Source: Planctopirus limnophila DSM 3776
GTDB taxonomy: Bacteria > Planctomycetota > Planctomycetia > Planctomycetales > Planctomycetaceae
DNA length: 32,000 nt
NCBI RefSeq assembly: GCF_000092105.1
Contig: NC_014148.1
Coordinates: forward strand, 1,800,001-1,832,000
Reading direction: 5' to 3'
Part shown: positions 25,055-32,000 of the stretch, piece by piece
Position numbering within the stretch: position 1 is the first letter of the stretch
How the letters are laid out: every line of letters begins with the position of its first letter
Made by a program: the position numbers and the translations under genes
Notes under the pieces: generated by a model
The model's input: the letters and a program-made list of their open reading frames with translations, nothing else
Database searches by the model: none
What the model was told of the DNA's origin: nothing

Positions 25055-25356
25055 TGCAGCCTCCTTCAATCATCAGCAGTCGTCAGAACCGTCTTGGAAC
25101 CAGGAGTTTACCGACTCCCTCACGACGATACCAATCAAACGGGATCGAAGCCCCTTTTGAGATATCACCTGTGAGTACTTCGACTCTTCGGCTGATGGAA
25201 AACATGGCCGACAGCAATGTGGCTGACGACTTTGAACGTTCTGTGCTTAGAAATGCCTCACGATACTCTGAAACTTGGTTGTGTGTCCCTGTAGGCCCAG
25301 AAGCGAATGATTGCCAGAGGGGTGGCGTTTGAGCGATAGCTCAGAATTACTCTCTC

Positions 25357-25457
25357 GATCACGTTCGACGGGCGATCACGTTCGACGGGCGATCACGTTC
25401 GACGGGCGATCACGTTCGACGGGCGATCACGTTCGACGGGCGATCACGTTCGGCGGG
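25357..25457. repeat. Perfect 17-bp tandem repeat, about 5.9 copies (unit GATCACGTTCGACGGGC)
   Basis: Five identical head-to-tail copies span 25357-25441. A sixth copy of 16 nt (25442-25457) has one A>G change (TTCGGCGGG). The array is intergenic, between the porin-like gene stop (25537) and the purH start (25054). Confidence 0.97.
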
Positions 25458-25536
25458 ATGAAGAGAATCGGAGAACTCGTACTTCAATTCTCGACGACAT
25501 CGAACGGAGAGATGGATTCAATCAGCAGGATCGAAT

Positions 25537-27219
25537 CTAAAAGTTGTATTGGAAGACCGTCTGAATGCGATTGGCAGTTCCCGATTCACCATTCTGATTT
25601 TCTCGACGGCCCCAGAGGTACTCAATCCCGATGGATGCATTGCGAACGGGAACATACCACAGGCTGGTCGCGACATAGTCCGAGCCTGCGAAGCTGCTCC
25701 CTGGCATCGCATTGCTGCTGTCAACCTGCACATTCGAGTAGGTCAGGTTGGTCATCCAGCGTTCTGCCCACCAATGCTCGTAGGAGGCCGTCATGCTGCG
25801 AATTCCTAAGGTTTCAAATCCACCATTGGCTGTCACAGCACCATCCAGACCAATACCGCTGGTATCCTGAATGTAACGGCCAATCCCGGAACCCACCGCA
25901 AACTGCAGCAAAACTCGACTTCTGGTGATGGGTTGAGGATCAGTGTCTCTCAGTGGATTTTCGCCTTTGAGAATCGCCCAGGGAAGGAGGCTTCCAGTCA
26001 GATTCACACCCCAGCCAGCACGGCGATCAACCTCTTCTCCCGTCGGTCGATATCCAATGGATCTCACGATGGCAGCCGACTGCAAATGCCAGAGATCGCG
26101 TTGATATCGCAAATGTGTCGTGAAATCCGGGACATCTTGAACATTGGTGCCCAGGCCATTCGTCGTGATATCGGAAAATGGTTGCTCGAGTGCTGCTGCG
26201 ACGAAAACGTTTTCTGAGACCGGGAGTGTGATTCGCCCCAGCCCCTGGCGGGAATTGACGATCCCGTTCGGACCTTGAAAATCGGCCGTACGCGGGAAAA
26301 CACTGGCATCCATAAAGACTGTTGTATCCTGTCCGATTCGAAAATATCCGTAATCGACAAACGCAAACCGTAGGCGGGGGTTGCTGGAAGACCCCACAGC
26401 CGGCGGATTCCCGCTGAGAAAATCGAACTGCACAAACGTGTGAACCACCCAGTCGTTGTGAGTGGTCGGCGTCCACGTGTCGAGGCTGATGCGAGTGGGT
26501 CGGGCGCTGTAGTTCACATTCTGCCCGGGAGTCTGCGGGACAGGAATTGTTCTCGTCACAAACAGATCTGGCGTACCAACGGGCTGAAAGTCGTAGTTGG
26601 CCCCCATGCGTACGAATCCGCTCAAACGGATGGATGTCGGTGTTCCCGGCACCATGAACGAACCAGGGACAGGCCCGCGAATGACAAGCCGATCAAAATC
26701 ATCCGGAGAGATTGCCGGAGCAGGCGATAACCGGGTGTACAAGGATGCTCCGGGGGCCTCCTGATAATCCAGCGGATAGAAACCCTCTGGTGCGTAGTCG
26801 GCATATTGCTTGGGGCCAGTCGCCAAATCGTCGTAATGACTGGCCAGCGACTGATACGCCATCATCGAATAATTCTGCCCGATGTCAGAATCAATCAATG
26901 GGTCAAACGGATCAAATGAGGCCGACTGATAGTCCGTCGCAGGATCAACCAGATATTGAGCCGGCTGAATCTGGGAAGATGCAGCGGGAGTAACTGGTGA
27001 TGACAGAAGTGGTATCGGTTCTTCAGGTATTGAATTTTGGTTAGGTTCTTGCGCAAAAGGTGGCTGGATCGAACTGAGAACAGGAGCCTCCTGTGCTTTT
27101 GTGATGCCGCCACAGAATTCGGTGCCGGTAATGATCGCGACGAGGAGAAACAGTTTTCTCACGAACGATTGATTCACGGACCATCGAATCGCTGAAGGGT
27201 ATCGTTTGAACCAGGCCAT
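25537..27219 (-). CDS. Outer-membrane beta-barrel porin-like protein (possibly DcaP-like) with a Pro/Ser/Gln-rich N-terminal extension
   Basis: 560-aa ORF with a signal-like N-terminus (VRKLFLLVAIITG...AQE) and GGGAG 9 nt upstream of the ATG. The C-terminal ~370 aa have alternating amphipathic beta-strand patterns rich in G/Y/N/T. The protein ends in ...RIQTVFQYNF, the terminal aromatic Phe signature of OM beta-barrels. Confidence 0.7.
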   Translation of the reverse strand: MAWFKRYPSAIRWSVNQSFVRKLFLLVAIITGTEFCGGITKAQEAPVLSSIQPPFAQEPNQNSIPEEPIPLLSSPVTPAASSQIQPAQYLVDPATDYQSASFDPFDPLIDSDIGQNYSMMAYQSLASHYDDLATGPKQYADYAPEGFYPLDYQEAPGASLYTRLSPAPAISPDDFDRLVIRGPVPGSFMVPGTPTSIRLSGFVRMGANYDFQPVGTPDLFVTRTIPVPQTPGQNVNYSARPTRISLDTWTPTTHNDWVVHTFVQFDFLSGNPPAVGSSSNPRLRFAFVDYGYFRIGQDTTVFMDASVFPRTADFQGPNGIVNSRQGLGRITLPVSENVFVAAALEQPFSDITTNGLGTNVQDVPDFTTHLRYQRDLWHLQSAAIVRSIGYRPTGEEVDRRAGWGVNLTGSLLPWAILKGENPLRDTDPQPITRSRVLLQFAVGSGIGRYIQDTSGIGLDGAVTANGGFETLGIRSMTASYEHWWAERWMTNLTYSNVQVDSSNAMPGSSFAGSDYVATSLWYVPVRNASIGIEYLWGRRENQNGESGTANRIQTVFQYNF

Positions 27220-27504
27220 GAGCCTTGCTCCCGACTCATTTTATGAACAGGCGAGAATTGCCGGTGTTCCGGTTGCCTGAGAGAGACACTTCTACTCATC
27301 GTTAAAATCGACAGGCTTTGACATCGGGTTGATGGATTTCTTCAGTATTGAAGGTTTCATTGAGGAAGAAACGATTCAGGTCAGCAGCTTTTGAAGATTA
27401 GCGGCAAGAATTTCCATCCCGAATCATGAGGTGTATGGGTTCACAATTTTGAATTGATCGAAAGCCACCTCCAACTCGCCAGAAACTTCTTTTTCTCAGA
27501 GCTC

Positions 27505-27540
27505 AAAAAAAAGAAGGGCCTGCCGACTGGCAAGCCCTTC
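27505..27540 (-). terminator. Rho-independent terminator downstream of lysC
   Basis: The minus strand reads GAAGGGCTTGCC-AGTC-GGCAGGCCCTTC followed by TTTTTTTT. That is a ~12-bp GC-rich stem, a 4-nt loop and a U8 tail, about 67 nt after the lysC stop. Confidence 0.85.
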
Positions 27541-27606
27541 TGCAGTAAGGTGAATGGCTGCTTGACCACAAGCTGAGAACCAAAAGATTCTACGGAACCT
27601 GTGAGT

Positions 27607-29412
27607 CTACCTGCCTTGCTTATGGAACACACGATTGAGCGTTGCGAACGCCTTTTCCGCTTCAGCAGTGCCCACCACGACACTGATCCGCGTTTCGCTG
27701 GTGTTGACCATCTGGATGTTAATCCCCGATTCCGCGAGAGCTGTGAACATCTTCTCGCCCACTCCCGTATGGCTCCGCAAGCCAATGCCGATGACTGCAA
27801 GGAGAGCAATATCCTTATCGAAATGCAGCGAGGTTTCCGGCCACGGTTCGAGCAGTTCCCGCATCAACAGCAGGCAACGTTCCAGATCGGGGCGTGGGAC
27901 GGTAAATGAAAGATCGGCTCGTTGTTCCTGGCCCACATTCTGGACGATCATATCGACCATCACGCCACCTTCAGCCACGGCCTTAAAGACCTCGGCTGCG
28001 ACCCCTGGACGATCCGCGACATTCTTGACAGTGATTCGAGATTGAGCCGTATCGAGTTGGACATCACTGACGACAATATCTTCCATGCTTTGTAGGCGGC
28101 GGACAACATCCTGCTCGAGTTCATCGCGAGAGACACCCGCCCGTTGACGTTCCGGATCAATCTGCTTAAAGCCAATCCGAGGCTGTGGAGACTGATCCAG
28201 ATGCAACGAAAAGCCTGAGTGAACTGCTTCCAGAGCTTCCTGGGATTGATCGCGATTTACCAGTACGGAAATCTTGATCTCGCTGGTTGTAATCATGCGG
28301 ATACTGACATTAGCTTCGGCCAGCGACTGGAAAAGGTGAGCAGCCACACCTGTGTGTGTCCGCATGCCGGCACCTACCACACTTAGTTTGGCCAGATTCG
28401 TGCTGCTGCCGACATCACCGGCCCCTAATCGCTCGGCAGCTTCATTCGCTGCGGTCAATGTATCGGCAAGATCGTCCTGAGGAACGGTAAACGAAACATT
28501 TGCTACGCCTCCCTCGGCGATATCCTGAATCACCATATCAATCGGTATTCGTCGGCTCGCCATGCAGTGGAAGACAATCGCCAGAACACCCGGACGATCT
28601 GGAATGTTCCTCAGGTGGACAATCGCCTCTTTCTTCACCAGAGCGATCCCGGAAACGACCGGTGCTTCAGCATCAAGTTGAGGGGCAATCAGCGTCCCTT
28701 CACCATCCGAAAATGATGGTCGAACCAACAGCGGAACTCGATACTTCTTTGCGAATTCGATGGATCGCGAATGCATCTTCCCGCCGCCCAGACTCGTCAG
28801 TTCGAGCATTTCATCGTAAGAAATACGATCCATCTTTCGGGCCTGTTTGACAGCCCTCGGGTCGGTGGTAAAGATCCCTTCTACGTCGGTATAAATTTCG
28901 CAGACATCGGCTTCCAGAACCGCTGCCAAAGCCGTTGCTGTCGTATCGCTGCCACCGCGGCCCAGAGTTGTGATGTTGGAATCTTCATCCACACCTTGAA
29001 AACCGGCTGCAATGACAATCTTGCCAGCTTCCAGCGCAGCACGAATCCGGTCAGTCGTAATTTTCCGAATGCGGGCCTTGGTAAAGGTACTGTCCGTGAG
29101 AATGCCAATCTGGGCACCGGTCAGACTGACGGCATCTTCACCCAGTTCATGCACTGCCATGGCCACCAGTGCGACTGATTCCTGTTCGCCAGTCGAGAGG
29201 AGCATATCCATCTCACGAGGTCTGGGATGGGCCGAAATGCTTTTGGCGAGATCCACAAGTTCATCGGTTTTTTCGCCGCGGGCACTGACAACAGCGACGA
29301 CTTGATGGCCCTGCCGTTTCGTGGCCACGATGCGACGGGCTGCTGCCATAATTCGTTGAGCATCGGCGACGCTGGTACCACCAAACTTCTGAACAACAAT
29401 CGACACAATCAT
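27607..29412 (-). CDS. lysC: Aspartate kinase, long form with four ACT domains (601 aa)
   Basis: [18 protein letters not shown] is the kinase start, with the ATG at 29412. Other matches are [19 protein letters not shown]...[12 protein letters not shown] and [14 protein letters not shown]. Two consecutive ACT pairs follow (see findings). The track start at 29466 adds 18 non-conserved residues. Confidence 0.92.
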   Translation of the reverse strand: MIVSIVVQKFGGTSVADAQRIMAAARRIVATKRQGHQVVAVVSARGEKTDELVDLAKSISAHPRPREMDMLLSTGEQESVALVAMAVHELGEDAVSLTGAQIGILTDSTFTKARIRKITTDRIRAALEAGKIVIAAGFQGVDEDSNITTLGRGGSDTTATALAAVLEADVCEIYTDVEGIFTTDPRAVKQARKMDRISYDEMLELTSLGGGKMHSRSIEFAKKYRVPLLVRPSFSDGEGTLIAPQLDAEAPVVSGIALVKKEAIVHLRNIPDRPGVLAIVFHCMASRRIPIDMVIQDIAEGGVANVSFTVPQDDLADTLTAANEAAERLGAGDVGSSTNLAKLSVVGAGMRTHTGVAAHLFQSLAEANVSIRMITTSEIKISVLVNRDQSQEALEAVHSGFSLHLDQSPQPRIGFKQIDPERQRAGVSRDELEQDVVRRLQSMEDIVVSDVQLDTAQSRITVKNVADRPGVAAEVFKAVAEGGVMVDMIVQNVGQEQRADLSFTVPRPDLERCLLLMRELLEPWPETSLHFDKDIALLAVIGIGLRSHTGVGEKMFTALAESGINIQMVNTSETRISVVVGTAEAEKAFATLNRVFHKQGR

Positions 29413-29555
29413 GTTCCTGTCAGAAAAGGGCTTCGCGGGAGAATCCTGGCTGTCAATCAGAACCACAAATCATGGAATACTAAGGTTTTGTCGCTGCTGG
29501 CATCTTGTCGATGATTGTACTGCCTGAGATGAGTCAGACGCGAGGTTCTCAGGCT

Positions 29556-30245
29556 TCACACGGCTGAATCACTTTCGATTTCATTCGCTGGCTTTTGAGG
29601 TTCTGGAATAGTAATCGGGATCACTTCATTCGTCATACGTTCGAGCACGAAGAGTGCACTTTCTGCTCTGAGATTCGCCAGTTTCAGGCCTGCTTTTGCG
29701 ACTCCACTGACGATCGGAAGCTCCCGCACAATTCGCAGTTGAAGACGTTCCGTCAATGCCCGGAAGTCAATCATCGTGAGAAAGTGCAGGTTCGGTGTGT
29801 TGTACCAGTCATAGGGGAGTTCTGAGGTAATCGGAACTCGCCCATTGACGAGAATCTGCAGTCGGATTCTCCAGTGTCCAAAGTTGGGCACCACGACGAT
29901 GGCCCGCTGGGCAGCACGGAGCATTTCATTGACGACATTCTCAGGTTGGATGACCTGCTGAAGCGTCTGACTGAGAACAGCATAATCAAAGGCATGGTCA
30001 GGAATTTCATCCAGTCCCTGATCGAGGTCTGCCTGAATGACGGGAACGCCTTTCGAGATGGCTGCAATCACAGCTTTGGGATCGCGCTCCACTCCCTGGA
30101 TTGAAGCACCCATTTCATCCCTGAGTCGGCAGAGCAGGCGACCATCACCACACCCCAGATCCAGCACGCGGCTGCCAGCCGGGATTTGATCCATAATGAT
30201 CCGGTCAATCAGCGCGGCAGCATGATCGGCAAGGAGATATTTCAT
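29556..30245 (-). CDS. metW: Methionine biosynthesis protein MetW (SAM-methyltransferase-fold partner of MetX)
   Basis: 229-aa ORF with SRVLDLGCGDGRLL, GVERD, VIQADLDQGL, FDYAVLSQTLQQV, VVVPNFGHWRIR, PYDWYNTPNLHFLTIDF(R). These match the MetW family throughout. The start overlaps the metX stop (ATGA at 30242-30245). Confidence 0.9.
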   Translation of the reverse strand: MKYLLADHAAALIDRIIMDQIPAGSRVLDLGCGDGRLLCRLRDEMGASIQGVERDPKAVIAAISKGVPVIQADLDQGLDEIPDHAFDYAVLSQTLQQVIQPENVVNEMLRAAQRAIVVVPNFGHWRIRLQILVNGRVPITSELPYDWYNTPNLHFLTMIDFRALTERLQLRIVRELPIVSGVAKAGLKLANLRAESALFVLERMTNEVIPITIPEPQKPANEIESDSAV

Positions 30246-31453
30246 CGATGACTTCCCCCGGAACGTGTGGAGGCGAGAGTCATCACTTCCGAAGAAATGG
30301 AATTAAGAAACGGCTTGAGCAGTGATTCGAGTTCTTCCAGCTCTAACAGAAATGAATCGTGGCCTTTAACACTTTCCAACTCCAGGTAAGTCACATTTTT
30401 TCCCGCTCCCAGGAGTGCTGTCACAATCTCCCGACTCTGCGAAGGAGGAAACAGCCAATCGCTACTGTAAGAACAGAGAAAGAAGCGAGCCGCTGTCTGG
30501 CCGAGTGCGGCACCAATGGAACCATATTTCTGAGAAATGTCGAAGTAGTCCATCGCCCGTGTCAGATACAGGTAACAGTTCGCATCGAATCGCTCGACAA
30601 ACCTTTGCCCCTGATAATGCAGGTAGCTCTCGACCTGAAATTCGATCTCTTGTTGAAGCACATAGCCAAGCTGATCACTGTTTTGGAGCTTGCGACCGAA
30701 CTTTCTTTCAATGGATGTTTCTGAAAGATAAGTGATGTGAGCAATCATCCGTGCCAGAGCCAGGCCAAATTTCGGGCCTTCACCTTCGTAATAGTCACCA
30801 TTCTTGTAATTGGGGTCGGCGTAGATCGCACGTCGGCCAACAGCATTGAAGGCAATCCCTTGTGCGGTGAGTCGCGCCGATGTTGCCAGGCCGACGATCG
30901 CATGCGCCATATCTGGAAATCGAGCGGCCCAGTCGAGTGCCATCATGCCACCCAGACTTCCCCCCACAACGGCCAGAAGTTTACGAATGCCTAATGACCG
31001 CACCAGTTGAGCATGAACTTCCACCATGTCACCAATGGTGATAAACGGGAATGTGGACCCCCAGGGCTTACCAGTCGCGGGATTGGTGGAGCAGGGGCCT
31101 GTTGTTCCCTTACAACCACCCAGAACATTCGAGCAGATGACAAAGAATCGGTTGGTATCGAAGGTCTTGCCTGGCCCAACCATCCCATCCCACCAGCCGG
31201 CCTTTTTACTCTCCGGGCTGTGCTTACCGGCCACATTTGCGTCACCAGTGAGTGCATGGCAGATGTAAATGGCGTTGGAGGCATCTTCATTGAGTTGCCC
31301 GTAGGTCTCATAAGCCACGCGAACGGGCCCAAGTTCCACACCGCTTTCAAGTTTCAGCGGAGACTCGGCAGAGAATAAATCGATCATGTTTGTCGAGACG
31401 ATCCCAACCGAGCGATCGTCTCTCGGAAGTGGTGGTGCAGACGCGAGTGTCAT
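30242..31453 (-). CDS. metX: Homoserine O-acetyltransferase
   Basis: 403-aa ORF with LESGVELGPVRVAYETYGQLN, NAIYICHALTGDANVAG, AGWWDGMVGPGKTFDTNRFFVICSNVLGGCKGTTGP and GGSLGGMMALDW (nucleophile elbow GxSxGG). These are characteristic of MetX. Confidence 0.93.
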   Translation of the reverse strand: MTLASAPPLPRDDRSVGIVSTNMIDLFSAESPLKLESGVELGPVRVAYETYGQLNEDASNAIYICHALTGDANVAGKHSPESKKAGWWDGMVGPGKTFDTNRFFVICSNVLGGCKGTTGPCSTNPATGKPWGSTFPFITIGDMVEVHAQLVRSLGIRKLLAVVGGSLGGMMALDWAARFPDMAHAIVGLATSARLTAQGIAFNAVGRRAIYADPNYKNGDYYEGEGPKFGLALARMIAHITYLSETSIERKFGRKLQNSDQLGYVLQQEIEFQVESYLHYQGQRFVERFDANCYLYLTRAMDYFDISQKYGSIGAALGQTAARFFLCSYSSDWLFPPSQSREIVTALLGAGKNVTYLELESVKGHDSFLLELEELESLLKPFLNSISSEVMTLASTRSGGSHR

Positions 31454-32000
31454 ATCGACCGATCATCCAACCGTCACTTGCTGATTTGACTGAACTTACG
31501 GGATCTGTATCCGTCTGAGTTCGAAGTCACAACTCCGCCTGACAAAACCCAGAATGTTCCCGCAATTCATTTTGAGTGCTTCTGTGAGCACTGCAAGTTG
31601 ATGAATCATAAAGAAATCAATTGGACAAGTCGAGCGGCGGCAAAACGAGCCGTACGAACAATTCAAAGTGAGGCACAACACGAGGCGATCGACTTCGAGC
31701 CGTGAACTTTGCTGAAGACTGTCATTTGGTACTCAGGCGGCGGGGCTTTGGAGTTCAGATTTCGGGAGAAAAGCGGCTTCCACTCAATCGCTGCTGATGT
31801 TGCAGGACTGCTGGATTTCGTGAGGTTCCCTACCATTGCTGATTTCGTCACATCGTAAATCGTCACCAGCCTGATAGAATTATTCGTCGTCAGGATAAAA
31901 GTTCGTTTTGAACTCGCTTCTTGTCGCTGGGCAGGATTAATGATCGAAATCTGAAACTGACTCTCAAGTCAAACTTCTCTGTGTCAACCCTCTGGGAAAT

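Noticed and set aside
25331-25375. tRNA-like strings next to and inside the repeat: TAGCTCAG at 25337-25344 (D-loop-like) and GTTCGA in each repeat unit (T-loop-like). These might indicate a tRNA gene or an integration scar.
   Set aside because: No complementary D-stem (GAGC) follows TAGCTCAG. No acceptor or anticodon stems can be drawn, and no integrase is nearby. This is most likely coincidence.
25357-25457. The possibility that the direct repeats are a CRISPR array.
   Set aside because: The units are contiguous with no spacers, are only 17 bp long, and no cas genes are present in the window.
25311-25928. A 205-aa plus-strand ORF reading through the 17-bp repeat array as a 17-aa periodic peptide (STGDHVRRAITFDGRSR x3).
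   Set aside because: The periodicity is a trivial consequence of 3 x 17 nt. The rest of the ORF runs antisense to the well-supported porin-like gene and has Arg/Ser/Cys-rich shadow-frame composition.
29413-29555. A possible lysine riboswitch (L-box) in the lysC leader.
   Set aside because: The spacer is only 143 nt, and I could not find the conserved L-box core elements by eye. This needs an Rfam scan, so it is not claimed.
1-32000. A search for mobile elements, prophage or defence-island signatures (transposase, integrase, restriction/abortive-infection genes, flanking inverted repeats).
   Set aside because: None was recognised. The gene content is housekeeping plus a conserved-type envelope locus. 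The window looks like core chromosome rather than an accessory island.

Overview
This is a gene-dense, chromosomal-looking 32-kb window with about 19 protein-coding genes. I recognise no rRNA, tRNA, CRISPR array, transposase or integrase. The gene content suggests a Planctomycetota-type genome, but that is inference only. It rests on an exported prenyltransferase/squalene-cyclase-repeat protein, very large BatA-N/VWA membrane proteins, MoxR plus DUF58, an FwdC/FhcC-like GXGXG protein and long intergenic spacers.

Left part: glucan metabolism (partial pgm, malQ), a Cys-rich mini-ORF, a ferritin-like DUF455 protein and an MFS transporter.

Centre (6.3-21.2 kb): seven same-strand genes form a Bat-like MoxR/VWA envelope locus. 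Four very large genes are joined by ATGA/ATGA/GTGA stop-start overlaps. One of them encodes a 1453-aa Ala/Gln/Glu-rich, apparently Cys-free coiled-coil protein. This is the best candidate for a poorly understood system in the window, although related Bat/MoxR clusters are already known.

Right part: an FwdC-like gene, a CelD-like GNAT, purH, a beta-barrel porin-like gene, and a metX-metW-lysC aspartate-family cluster ending in a strong intrinsic terminator. lysC carries a duplicated ACT regulatory pair.

The clearest non-genic anomaly is a perfect 17-bp x ~6 tandem repeat (25357-25457) in the porin/purH spacer. All functional calls come from motif recognition by eye. No database search was run.
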